NCBI GenBank assembly: GCA_023920165.1
Contig: CP089275.1
Location: forward strand, 5,270,001 to 5,334,000
DNA: 64,000 nt
Origin: Curvularia clavata
Taxonomy: Eukaryota
Reading direction: 5' to 3'
The translations under genes were made by a program, and so were the position numbers. Position 1 is the first letter of the stretch. The number at the start of each line of letters is the position of its first letter. Of this stretch, positions 48,595 to 60,025 are shown piece after piece. Under the pieces are notes generated by a model. That model was not told where the DNA came from. It worked only from the letters and a program-made list of their open reading frames with translations, and did no database searches.

Positions 48595-50391
48595 TCATGC
48601 AATATATATCCTAATAATGTAAGACCTGCCATCCTCCTCAGGAAGAATTTGTAAAAATCCTTTCTTGTTGCATTTTAAACCTGCAATATCCTTTTCGTAA
48701 TATCTCGCACTGAGTTTTTCTACTTGGCTATAACGAACCTCTGTATCCAAATCAAAATCTCCACGACGTTTAACAAAGCTACACCATGGGTGAGAATTCG
48801 GCCGAGTACCAAACATGATTTCATATCCACCCATTTCGTTACAATATTGACAGTCGTGTTCAAGCAGCATTACTGCCCCACTACATTTGAAAGGTTCGGC
48901 GAGACGAATGAGTGAACGACTGCGGCCACCCATCTCGATAGTGGTAATGCCACCGATGGATGATATTGTTTTCGAGTCTTCGAGCCGGAAGATAGCCGGT
49001 TGCCCTGGTCCACAAGCAGAGGTTCGAAATTGGGAGATGGTTGTGTTGGTTCTTGTGAATGAATACCCGAATTCAGGGAGGTAATAAACATTCGGGTGAA
49101 TAGGGGAAATATGTCGCCTCATGCTTCCTAGCCTATTTGAAATGAACCCTCTTGCGGAGTTGTAGTTAATATCTTCGTCCAGGAGAAGAACAACAGGATT
49201 GTCGGTGCCCTGACAGACGACCACAACATCTAGACAGATAAGCAACTTCGGGAGTAGTTTACGAAGCAACTTGTCTTCCTGAAGAAGCGATATCTGTAAG
49301 CCATTGGATCCGAGTGATACCTGAGTTGCTGTCGAATCCGCGGCCCAAGAATTCTCCGGTACGCCATTTTTATCAAAAGATTTCGCGGTTGGCCTGTGGG
49401 AAATCGGCCTCAGAGACGAGTAGGGCGAATCTGGATTTTCTACAATCATTCCCTCGAGAAATAATCCGCTAAAACATCGAGGTTCGTCGCAGAAAGCTGC
49501 TGGAGATGTTGCAAGCAGGCCATGGTTGTAAGGTTCATGTTTTGTTCCCCATATAAAGAGAGTTTGATCAGAATTCTGGCGCAGGATCTCTTCCTGAAGT
49601 CGAAGAAATGCCTTTTCGTAACCTTCTCCATATATTGGTGGCATATGGATGTCGAAAATTCCCATCAAGCAATAGGCTATGTCTTCTTCTCGAGTAGTCT
49701 GTCTTTTTGAAGCCCATGACATTCTTTGCGCTACGGTGCTGAAGAGCGGTGACCTCCCGTAGAGTATATCAAGAGGGATACCCGTAATGGGGGATATATG
49801 TCTAGCCAGTGATTTCCTGGATCCAATAGTCTTCCATCGCCCGTTGAAAAAAATAACTCGACTTGGCGCAATGAGTTCTTGCAAGGTCCAACCACGAGAA
49901 AACCACTTGCTCTTCTTCAAGTTGTAGACTGATATAACTTCCTCCAAGTAGCTGATCAATTTAAGCTCCTCTGAATCGACAATTGAATTGAGATTTCCTA
50001 GGTCATTGATTGACCCAAGGACCTTGAACTGTTTGATGGACTTCATGACCGCTAGAATACTGCTCGATTCTAGGTCCTCTAAGTAAGCGTAGCAAACCGA
50101 CGAATTGGAATACCAGCTATACATAGAGTTGATGGCCTCGCTGAGCTCCGCTGAGCTTGTTTTGTCGATACAGCACGTGTCGATCCATACCCAATCGTAT
50201 CCATCCTCCGCAGCTCTTTTACAACAGTCCAACAGCTTCCTATATCCCTTCAATCCTGCGAATGTTTGGTTTTCTACATCTTGGAATGTTACTTCTTCCT
50301 CGCCCCATCTATGTGAAAGAATGGCGTAATTGGGGACTTTGTCTCGATAGAATTCTCGCAGCTTAAGGGTCCCTGTAGAGAGTAACCGCAT
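48595..50391 (-). CDS. Stand-alone HET-domain protein with unrecognised C-terminal region
   Basis: Intronless; MRLL start, YAILSHRW, WIDTCCIDKTSSAELSEAINSM, SKWFSRGWTLQEL, RQTTREEDIAYCLMGIF, YGEG..AFLRLQEEI. Confidence 0.92.
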   Translation of the reverse strand: MRLLSTGTLKLREFYRDKVPNYAILSHRWGEEEVTFQDVENQTFAGLKGYRKLLDCCKRAAEDGYDWVWIDTCCIDKTSSAELSEAINSMYSWYSNSSVCYAYLEDLESSSILAVMKSIKQFKVLGSINDLGNLNSIVDSEELKLISYLEEVISVYNLKKSKWFSRGWTLQELIAPSRVIFFNGRWKTIGSRKSLARHISPITGIPLDILYGRSPLFSTVAQRMSWASKRQTTREEDIAYCLMGIFDIHMPPIYGEGYEKAFLRLQEEILRQNSDQTLFIWGTKHEPYNHGLLATSPAAFCDEPRCFSGLFLEGMIVENPDSPYSSLRPISHRPTAKSFDKNGVPENSWAADSTATQVSLGSNGLQISLLQEDKLLRKLLPKLLICLDVVVVCQGTDNPVVLLLDEDINYNSARGFISNRLGSMRRHISPIHPNVYYLPEFGYSFTRTNTTISQFRTSACGPGQPAIFRLEDSKTISSIGGITTIEMGGRSRSLIRLAEPFKCSGAVMLLEHDCQYCNEMGGYEIMFGTRPNSHPWCSFVKRRGDFDLDTEVRYSQVEKLSARYYEKDIAGLKCNKKGFLQILPEEDGRSYIIRIYIA

Positions 50392-51664
50392 ATGGGTAGA
50401 GGAAATGGGTGATTGGACCACCAGGCAATGCAGATGAAATGAGATCGGAGGATTATGGTTCGAAGAAAGCTTAAATTCTGGATTTACTCCTAAAGCAAAA
50501 TGGAGAACTGCCTGCTGTCAAACGAAATAGGATGAAACTTCGGACTTGACAGGAGCGTGAAAAGTCTGGAGGGTATGACGACTGAATAGAAGAATATATC
50601 GAGTGGCGTAGGGGGCACGAGGGACAGGGCTGTGCGTTTAAATTGAAACACATTTCCGGTCAGCATGGTATTAAGATGCCTAATAATACAAGCGCTATGC
50701 ACCCCAACTTAGGAATGCAACGCCTACAGCCACTCGCTAATGTAAGCGCCGTGGCAGAGCTTCAACCAATCTACAAACGTATTCCTAATCGTAGTATTCT
50801 GTGCCCGCAGATGGAGTCGCTGCCTGCTGGGCTGTGTACACCTCGCACCTTCCTACTCATGCTAGCTTCGAGCCTCTTATTAGTTCAGAATTATGCTTGG
50901 CGATATTTGGTTCAAGCTTCTTCCTTTTGGTGTAGAATAGAAGATTGCGAGGGGATCTTAACGCATCCATCCCATCCTCGGTGTATTCCCATTAATTTTG
51001 TGGTGAAAATGGATACTGTGCCACATTGGCACAGGTCACATGACTGACAGGCAACCTTCCCCAGCTCCCTTAAGGTGATTATATTGGTCCTATAGCTGAA
51101 CTCTTGCCTTACTGCAGTCGTCTAGTGCACGGACCATTCCTCCCCCTTAACGATTCATCTGATCTCTACTCAAATACAAGCCTTTGCTCTTCGAGTATTC
51201 TGCCTGCCTACCACTACCTGCCTCACAGTTGTGAAGCAGCGAATCTATAACATTAACGTTTAGCCGAGGCTTAGTACAATCGTAAGGCTGTCAAGCTCAA
51301 AGCACAACCACAGCGTAAGGGTATTTGTGGATAAGAAAAGGCTTCTCTGATTCAAGGCGTAAAGGCATCAATACCATTATAATTTCTGTATACACAAGGG
51401 CGAGAGCAGTCCAGAGTAGGCTTGGAAATTTATTTTCAAGAGACTTTAGGGGATTTCAACGCGGTGAGATTATGAGAGTTGATTGAACTCGAAGTACCTA
51501 TCGTTTGTCTCGCCACAGGGTGCGTCTCGCGTCGAAGGGATCTATCTTAGTTGTTCTGCTACAAAGGGATGTATGCTAGAGAAGTTTTAGATTTTCAATG
51601 CTGATTTATGCAGGAGCCGTTACCAGCCATCCTCACTCTCAGAAAAAAGAAAAAGACCGACAAG

Positions 51665-52621
51665 CTAATTGCCATACGCGACCAGCAAAACCAACATAGA
51701 ACCCAAGAGCAACCACATCCAGGTCCTCCCATGACGCTTCTTCACCTCCTCATCCCGCCACACCAAAGTCTCGACCAAAGCCTTGGTCAATTCGCGCCAA
51801 AACCCCAAGACTACAGCCGGCGCCCCCGAATCCAAGAACTCTACGCAACCCGGACCATTGACGCCCAATATGTGAGCTGACTCGTCACGACCATAGTGCC
51901 GCTGAATCCAATCGCTTATCGCCGTCCAGAGATACACGTCGAGCTCCATCCAGAGCTGCTCAAGCACGACAGTATGAGATCCAGCCAGCGGTACAGTGCG
52001 CTCAAAGTACAGAGACATTGTATCAAAAAACTGTTCGACCGCAACAACAGCCATGCGGATATCGTGGTCAGGAAACGCGTCTCGCATCACTTTCATAAAG
52101 GCATCTGAACGTAGTACCTGAGCTATGGTTTCTACTTTCAGCCACTCGAGGTACGCCTGGACCTCGGTGAGATGGATCTCAATTTCTGAATTCAAGGGCT
52201 TGCGGCGTAGGAGTTTTTGGTGGCGCGATCGATTGCCGTCCAGAGCGACGAAAGTGAGTGGCGGCCGAACTGGTAGGGGAGAAGATGATTCGAGGGATAA
52301 GTTGGATGAGCTATCGGAGAGACAGGTACATGGGGGAAGTGCCTGCTTTATCCGGCGCTGGATCTGGCGCTGGACCCGGCAGACCTTCTTGTTGCATTGG
52401 AATGCGCAGTGAAGGGGTGGACAGGGCGGAGATACTTCTTCCGGAAGCGCGAAACGGTCGAATGCAGGGAAGGCCTCCGTATTGATGTCTTCGTTCACGT
52501 TGGCGAAGAGTGGGGATGGGGAGGCAACGGGCAAACGGAGTCCATTGGATGGAATGGAGATGGTCAAGGGGCGCGAGGAGTATGAAAAGGTTTCCATTTC
52601 GAATTCGTTCGATGAAGACAT
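51665..52621 (-). CDS. Hypothetical protein with C-terminal transmembrane segment (tail-anchor-like)
   Basis: Intronless ~318 aa ORF from MSSSNEFEMET ending WMWLLLGSMLVLLVAYGN*. Confidence 0.6.
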   Translation of the reverse strand: MSSSNEFEMETFSYSSRPLTISIPSNGLRLPVASPSPLFANVNEDINTEAFPAFDRFALPEEVSPPCPPLHCAFQCNKKVCRVQRQIQRRIKQALPPCTCLSDSSSNLSLESSSPLPVRPPLTFVALDGNRSRHQKLLRRKPLNSEIEIHLTEVQAYLEWLKVETIAQVLRSDAFMKVMRDAFPDHDIRMAVVAVEQFFDTMSLYFERTVPLAGSHTVVLEQLWMELDVYLWTAISDWIQRHYGRDESAHILGVNGPGCVEFLDSGAPAVVLGFWRELTKALVETLVWRDEEVKKRHGRTWMWLLLGSMLVLLVAYGN

Positions 52622-53880
52622 GGTTGTGATATATGGTTGAATAGAACGCTGTGGTAGAGAGAGTAGCAAATAGTCATAAATATAAAGTGAATGCGATATA
52701 GCATTGTGCTGAAACTACGTAGGTTGTTTGTAGATAGATTTACATTGTGTGGAGGTTGTGTAAAGAGATACCTATGGCTGTTGAAGTGTGTGTGAATCAA
52801 ATCTGCTTCCTATTAGTGTATGAATAGCCGTCTCGACCTTTTGTTTGGTTTGTTTCTGAGTTCTAGGTAATGTCTTGAAGTTCTATGCGGAAAACTTATC
52901 TTGCTTGTTTTGCCTTAAGTTCATGGTTGCTTTTGGCTTTGTATTTAATTGAACAGCGAGTTCGCTGAAATTACTACCAAACCCTTCAGTTCATTCCCAT
53001 GTGAACTTTCACGTCACGTTAATACCTCCCTCAAATTCATTGATATATTGTCCGGCGACACTTCCGTTTGATCTTCAACCCCTGAGACCACCTGTTTGCT
53101 GCCTTCATTGTGTTTCTCAGATATGTCAATGACAAACAAACGCAGAGGTCTTTGAATATTTCAATGCTACTAAATATGGTTTACGTGCAAAGCTATGTAC
53201 TATGCGAATAGAACTATCGCTTGCAGTCTTGGATATGCGAATGTGACGATAGTCTTGAAATACGTTGGCGATGAGAAAATGAAATATGCACTCTTGTATT
53301 CCACTGCATTGGTCCGAAATCTCATCTGCATTCTACAAAACCGTACGTATCTTGATGGAAAGCTTTGGATCTAAAATATGGTCAAATGCGGATACTGCAG
53401 ACTAGATACAACATTGCTGCTTCCTTTGATTACTGTAGCACATGCACAATCTACTCCTTTGTGTTTCTTGAGGTAATGAAGAATATCTATGCTGAATAGA
53501 CAATTTCGCGTTGTGTCCCTTCAAGCGACCGGTGTGACATTGGTGTTCACAGACTTCCGTCGCTCCCAAGTCGATGATTCGAAACAGCGGCTAAACTTAG
53601 AAAATTATCATGAGATATTTTTAACCACCGTTCTCAACCCTCAAGTAGCGTATTGCCTACTTCGGAAATGCAACGAAGACAGCATCTCAAACAAGATAAG
53701 GCTACAAGACTTGGTTGCAGAAAGACCCCTGCGTTCAATGACGTAATGCGCTAGTGCCCCGCTCCCGCCAACCCAGCACTAGGGAATCTCAACCAAGCAT
53801 AACGATCGTCGCAGCCACCATGATGGCGGCATCTTAGCAATTCAACTCTACCTTCAAAAACAGTGCTGTCAGTCTGCACC

Positions 53881-54804
53881 ATGGCCCTTCCCCTCGGTGT
53901 CTTCCTCGGCGGCTGCGTAGTCGCCATTCCCGTTGTCACTGGCGTCGCCCAGGGCGTTGAGCACCAGAAGAAGCAAAACGAAGAAGCCGCCAATGAGTCT
54001 CGCATGTGGAAATTCAACTGCCTGGTCTCGTGCGACGATCCGGATCCAATAGCAAAGGAAGAAGTGGACCATGGAATCCTCGTCGTGCGCCACGATAAAG
54101 TGTGGGTGGTGCCAAGGGACGACAACGATAAGCCCCTATGGCCAGAGGGAATCAACGGAGAGGGCAGAGAGCCGCTTCATGCTTTTGCAGGCTTCTACAT
54201 TGCGTATCCGGATGAGGACCGGAATCCGCCCGAAAGAGGATTAGTGAGCACCATCAGTGATGATCCGCCCATGCTCAACTGGATATATTGCGACAAAAAC
54301 ACGTATGAGCTGAAGTATTCAAATCGCACGGGTAGTATCGCACATCATATTGGTGTCTGGGACTGGTCCGAGGACGAGAGCCATCTTATTTTCGACGGCT
54401 GGGAAGGCTTCGTTGCTATTGATGAGTGGGATGGTGCTGATGAAGACCCGACAACGCCTTGGGGAAGAGAAGGCCTGAGATGGGCAGTCTACTTTGATAA
54501 AGATGACAATGGTCTGAAGGGTCGAAGGAAAGGAAGAGACATGTTTGAAATTAGTCTCAAGAGGAGGATACAGAGTGCGGAGGAGCAGCTCAAGCAGAAC
54601 GAGGCGGCAGAGAAGAAGATGCAAGTCAAGAGCCGGGGTGGGCTGAGTACACAGTTTGCGGCGCCGCAGAAAGAGAGAGATAAGGAGTGGGAGAGAAAGT
54701 TTGGTCAAAAGGCAAGAGAAGAGTTGGAGAAGAAGTTGGCGAGAGATAGAGAAGCGGGTGAGGGACCGGAATGGGCGAGAGGAGATGTGGGAAAAGAGGT
54801 CTAG
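53881..54804 (+). CDS. Fungal hypothetical protein with N-terminal hydrophobic segment
   Basis: Intronless ORF; MALPLGVFLGGCVVAIPVVTGVAQGV then globular region (HAFAGFYIAYPD, GLVSTISDDPPMLNWIY, WEGFVA); coding-like codon bias. Confidence 0.75.
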   Translation: MALPLGVFLGGCVVAIPVVTGVAQGVEHQKKQNEEAANESRMWKFNCLVSCDDPDPIAKEEVDHGILVVRHDKVWVVPRDDNDKPLWPEGINGEGREPLHAFAGFYIAYPDEDRNPPERGLVSTISDDPPMLNWIYCDKNTYELKYSNRTGSIAHHIGVWDWSEDESHLIFDGWEGFVAIDEWDGADEDPTTPWGREGLRWAVYFDKDDNGLKGRRKGRDMFEISLKRRIQSAEEQLKQNEAAEKKMQVKSRGGLSTQFAAPQKERDKEWERKFGQKAREELEKKLARDREAGEGPEWARGDVGKEV

Positions 54805-55522
54805 GCATGCTGTCGGGAATGGTGCGTCTTCCTGTGCATGACCAGGCTTTGTCAGGGCCAGTTTGATATTAAAACTTCTCTCGACATCACGGACCATAAT
54901 GACGGCTACCCTAGACGAATCTTCCCTCCAGGTCACCACGCTTCCCAAACTATGTTCTGGAGCTTTGCAGAAGTTCAGGGCAGCGACTTCCAGCACCGGG
55001 ATGCGTACAGGGTCACCATTATCAAGCTAAATACCATCTAAAACTAATACGCCCTTGAACCACCTGGAGGTATTGTCATAGAATGGAGGGTACCATAAAT
55101 GCGCTCTCAAAGATATTGCGTCCACATTGCTAGCAGATTGCTAAAGAAGCTGTGTTCAAAGTCGATAGAACAGCGTATACAGCTACGCAACTCACACAGT
55201 ACAACAAAGCATCAAGATCCGGTTCTAGTACAATAAGAAGATAGACTGATCATCGATGGTACCGTAAGAATTAATCTGCTTTCTCGCTATCAAAACATTA
55301 TTCTCTCAATCTGCGCTGCACGACATAACCTCGCTCAATTGACTTTGCTTCCGATAATTTTCGCATAACAGATTACATCAAGATGGAAATGCCGCTTATG
55401 TGATTTCAGGAGAGTACAAAGAGATGCATTCTGAACGTATCAAACTTGCTGAAAGGACACAACACAAAGGCAGAGAAACAGTTGCAGTGAAACAAGAAGT
55501 GAATCAAAAGCGATTACAGGTT

Positions 55523-56950
55523 TCATGCAGCAGGCTTCCTAGACTCTAGCTTCCTAGGTGCCTTTTTGGTTGCGGGAGCAGGCGCTTTAGCAGCACCGTT
55601 GGTGTTGGTACCATTAGGAGTCTGCCTGTTTAACTTCCTGGGCTTCCTCTTTGCCTTCTGCGTCGAGGTTGTGGAACCATTCTCCTGCTCGTCGTTAAAT
55701 GACACGCATTTCGCTTGGTTGAGTGGTGGTCGGGATGGATTTGAGGTTTGGGGTTTGGATGGCGATGGCTTGGACTGGGTGCTCGGTGCAGGTTTGGCCG
55801 AGGATTGCTGGGGTTTTGGTGGTGACTTCTGCTGAGCAGGTTGGGGTTGGGTATTGGTGGTCGGCTGCTGGGGCTGCTGTGCGGATTGTGGGTTTGCAGC
55901 CCCTCGTGTTGTGGGTGGTCTTTGGGAGCGAGGCTTTACAGGCTTGGTTTCCTCTTGGGAGGTATTTTGGGACGGTGTCGCATTCTGTTGATTCCCTTGC
56001 TTGGATGGCTGCCTGCTTGTTGGTGCTGGCCGCTGGTTCTGGGCTTGCGAAGGCTGCTGGGATTGCGGTTGTACTTGTTGTTGATTTTGAGCCTGTGGCT
56101 GCTGATTTTGCTGCTGCTGAGGTCGGGGAGCACTTTGTTGTTGTGGTTTCTGTTGCTGTTGCTGGTCCTGTTTCTTTTCACCCCAAGGGTTCATTGATGC
56201 CCCTAGCCCTCCTAGGCCCATCGCACCTCCTACTCCCTTTGCAGATGGCATGCTGGGCATACTCGGCATCTTGGGTCTCCAGCTCGTCATGTCCTTGACT
56301 GTCTGGGACCAAGACTGGGGCATCTCATCTGGCATATCGTTCTTCATCTGCTCGAGTTCCTCCTGAGTCGGTGCTTGGGTTTCTCTTGTCTGCATGATCA
56401 TCTTCTCAAGCGCCTTTTTCTGTGAAGAGGTAGCCTTCACGTCGGGGAGAAAGTCGCCAATGACTCCCTGAACACCATGACTTGCCATCTCTCCAAGATC
56501 CCAGAAAGGTCCGGACATGGCACCGTACACTGAACCAATACCTCCTCCAAGGAGACCTGTTACAGTGGAAACCACTCCTCCGACCAGCGCACCGGTCAGT
56601 TTTCCAATGGTCACACCCGGTTGAACGCCCAGTCCAGCACCAGCAGCAAGCCCTTGAAACGCACCCGACTGTGTGTACTTTGCCGCTTTTCCAAAGCTCT
56701 CGGCCTCAATCTCCTTGTTGATAGCTTTCGCAAGCAGCTCCTCTCTTACTTTAGCATCGGCAGCGCCGTGTGCTGCTTGCCTGTACTCCCATGCTTTCTG
56801 GCCTGCCTGGAGCGCCATACTGGCGGATATACCGGAGTTTTGCTTGATTTCATGTTCGGGAATGTTGCACTGCGGTGGGGCCGAATTGCTGTTGGCCTGG
56901 CTCTTTGCAGCCTTTGGCTGCGAGTCTTTCTGTGCTTGTTTTGGCGGCAT
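55523..56950 (-). CDS. Hypothetical protein with glycine-zipper segment and Q/P-rich disordered C-terminus
   Basis: 475 aa ORF; helical region, then GLAAGAGLGVQPGVTIGKLTGALVGGVVSTVTGLLGGGIGSVYG, then QQQQ/QP-rich tail. Confidence 0.8.
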   Translation of the reverse strand: MPPKQAQKDSQPKAAKSQANSNSAPPQCNIPEHEIKQNSGISASMALQAGQKAWEYRQAAHGAADAKVREELLAKAINKEIEAESFGKAAKYTQSGAFQGLAAGAGLGVQPGVTIGKLTGALVGGVVSTVTGLLGGGIGSVYGAMSGPFWDLGEMASHGVQGVIGDFLPDVKATSSQKKALEKMIMQTRETQAPTQEELEQMKNDMPDEMPQSWSQTVKDMTSWRPKMPSMPSMPSAKGVGGAMGLGGLGASMNPWGEKKQDQQQQQKPQQQSAPRPQQQQNQQPQAQNQQQVQPQSQQPSQAQNQRPAPTSRQPSKQGNQQNATPSQNTSQEETKPVKPRSQRPPTTRGAANPQSAQQPQQPTTNTQPQPAQQKSPPKPQQSSAKPAPSTQSKPSPSKPQTSNPSRPPLNQAKCVSFNDEQENGSTTSTQKAKRKPRKLNRQTPNGTNTNGAAKAPAPATKKAPRKLESRKPAA

Positions 56951-57484
56951 GGTATTTGTTTGTGTTGTTCGGATATTTTCGCAAGGGTCCAGAGGTTGGC
57001 TGATGTTTTGAGGGTCGACACTATACGTGGTAGCGCAAGTACGGAAGCGCTACGTCATGCAAGATCGTCGCTACGCGCCTGTGGCTAATTGACAACCGGT
57101 TTTCCTAACTCGCATAGCACGTGGTCGATCTGCCATGTAAACACAGACCCCTTCCGAGATTTCTGGGATCGGAGTCGGAGAAAACTGCGCTGGACGATCA
57201 TTCGTGGTTGCACTGTCATGTCATGACGTCGGCGGCCTAGCTGTGTTTATTATCCCAACCAACTGTAATTTCGGTCATGAGCTACTACGAGCGTGAAGTG
57301 CAGCAACCTTTTGATCAAATTTTGTAACTACGGGGAATTATGTATGTTTTCAAACAACTGCTTAGAATCAGGCATTTCCTCTCGTTTCTTTTTACAGATT
57401 TGAAATCAGACCAAGACTCATAACTTTTTGAATTTGGCAAGTACTGCTATTTTGATGATGTCTATACATGTTGCTTGATGCACG

Positions 57485-59036
57485 TCACGCCTTCTTCGTA
57501 GCGTCTCCAATTGCCTCAGCCTCCTTGCTACCTCCTCTCAGCTCCTTGTTCGTCGCCTGAATCAACAGCCTTCGGTAGCTTGTCAAACTCGGAGTTCCAT
57601 CGTTTGTCACTTCGAGAATAAGATGCAGCAACTGGCCCTGGGCAACAGGTTGCTTGCTCGCCAACTCAACTGCACACTTTTCCGGGGGCGGAAGAGTAAC
57701 TTCAACTTTTCTCCCCTCGGCATCAAGCTTTTTGATTGCCAGTTCCGCGACTTCGACGTCAACCAACCATTGCGTAGCTGTTGGCTCGCGATAGTGCCAC
57801 CACTTGAACGTAAGCTTGCCACCATTAGGGTCATAGGTAGCAGAAGCATCAAGGGCAATGGTAGACCCAGCTTCCGCAGTTATTTGAGCGGGAGCCAGGC
57901 CCTTGAATCCACTGATGTTGATCACAGGGTGATGGTTTGCTTTGGAGAAGTTAGGTTCCATGGTCCATTTGATGCGGGCAGCAAAATCGTTTTGGAAGGC
58001 ATCACGCCAGCGCCAAATAGTTGCGTGGTTGGATGTGTAGGTCCTGTCGCCGACCTTGACACGGTCCACTGCATCGCTGTAGTGGTTGCTGTTGACTCCT
58101 TCAGTACTGGCATCGGTACGGCTGTAGCGACCACCCCAAGAGCCGTAATGTGGGCAGTCGGGTACACCCAAGCCATTTTGAATCAGATATAGGAATGTGG
58201 GTGTATCACCCTCGGGAATGTAAAGGTAGTCAGGATACGCACTCCCCAAAGGACCTATCTGAATATTCTCCTTGATCCAGCTCTTTTCCATTTTAGTAAA
58301 GTCAGGGCCACCTTGGTCGAAGCCATAGAACTTTTCGCCCGAAATGCCGGTCCACGCAGCCATGCCGTACTGGTTCCAACCGTGGACTGAGGCAATGTAG
58401 AAGATGTCTGGAAAGTTGGTTCGAATCCACACTCCTGTATCGTCTTGATCGGAGATAGCATAGACACGGAGGCGAGAAAACAAGCGCTTAGAGTCATCTG
58501 GATCGTAGTCATCATCAACCTTGAGGAGTGCTTGAGCGAGTGTGTTTGTTCCGCCCCAGCAAAGGATCCATAACGGCTGAGTTGATGGGGCGACAATCCG
58601 GTCATATAGGAGCTGCCCACCGGGAGACAGCGGGGCCTCAGTGCCAACAGCAGACATGCCGTAAGTCTAGATCGCGTTAGCATGGCTGACACCAAACAGG
58701 TCACATGGTTGGTATCGAGTGTAAACCTACCTCCGCACCTTTTCTGATAAGACTACGCAGATGGTCTGCAGTAGGGTATTGCCATTTCGGGTGTACGTGT
58801 TTGTTTAGATTATCAACGGCACCCGCGTAGGCATCAACGATAGTCTCCATGTCTTGCGGGCACACTTTGTTCTTCATCCAGGTGCTGGTGCACGCTATCA
58901 AGCCTTCTGTCTCAAACTCATTAGAGTAGAGGAGATATCGACACAAAGATTCGGCATCATCAGGCTCATTTGAGATGTCTGATAGGACAATGACGCGGGG
59001 CTTTTGCTCATACGTTTGGAGACGTTCAGTTGCCAT
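57485..59036 (-). CDS. DUF1593 (Sde182-like, nucleoside-hydrolase-like fold) protein
   Basis: RVIVLSDISNEPDD, WGGTNTLAQAL, VYAISDQDD, EGDTPTFL, GSWGGRY, FQNDFAARIKW; intron 58667-58730; no signal peptide. Confidence 0.88.
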
Positions 59037-60025
59037 CCTGACAGCCTCAATGCAAGACGAGGAGTAAGAGGGAGGTATACGAGGGTGGGAGGTTGTATGA
59101 GGGGTTCAATGGCTTTGTGCTGTGGATTGCTATGGTTACCCGCGTTGCTCAGCTCCCGTGTCTCACAAGGTGGGGCGTTGAATAACCAATGCGGCGCTCT
59201 AGGCACGCCCTGCCGTCTGGGAACACATCGGCTGCACTTGCCTGCAATGATGCCTGCAGCACGACCCATGTACGACTCAGTCTTCTGTTCTTCACCATAC
59301 CAATACTACTCTGCGCACTGCGTGGGATACCAATTGCTGTCTTGAAAGATTGCGCCACAACCGGGCCGAGGCTTTCAGCCTCACGCAGGACCCTGATACG
59401 ACGTACCCGACGCCCTGCCCCAGCAATTCACAAGTCCAACAATACATGCCATAACTCAATGCATCGGCTCTAATGCTATCGCTACACTCTTCCTCTGTCC
59501 TGGCGTTCGCCCCCGCAGAACTTAGACATATTTAAACTTCGTCACGCCTTCCTACTCTACCACCAACCACGGCGCCACATAACGAGCCATTCAGGTCTCC
59601 AACAATATGCACCAGAACTCCATGACTGTACCGCTGAACCAATTTTGGACTGTGTAGTCATGGTATCTGGAGCCTCGATGTGTATAGGCAGGCGTGAAGA
59701 CTGCCCCAGGTGCATCAGTTGCAAGACCAACTCAAGCAGACGGCATCTCCACTACCTAAGCTGAGCCAAGTAACCATCCCCTACGCTAGCTTCAGCTGGG
59801 TCGACCTCTTGGATAAATTCCTAGCCGACACGCGCATGCTCGAAGAAACCAATTGCCAATTGATCAGAAAGGCATAGACGACAAAGAGACTGGCCGAGTC
59901 GAGCACTTAGCGTAGGAAAGCGGACAGCAGGACAGCTCCTCTTCTCACGCACTTTCAAGAGTGTCCATAGTACATCAATTAAGACTACTAGTATTTAACA
60001 GAAGCTGTTCGGGCGATGACGTCGC

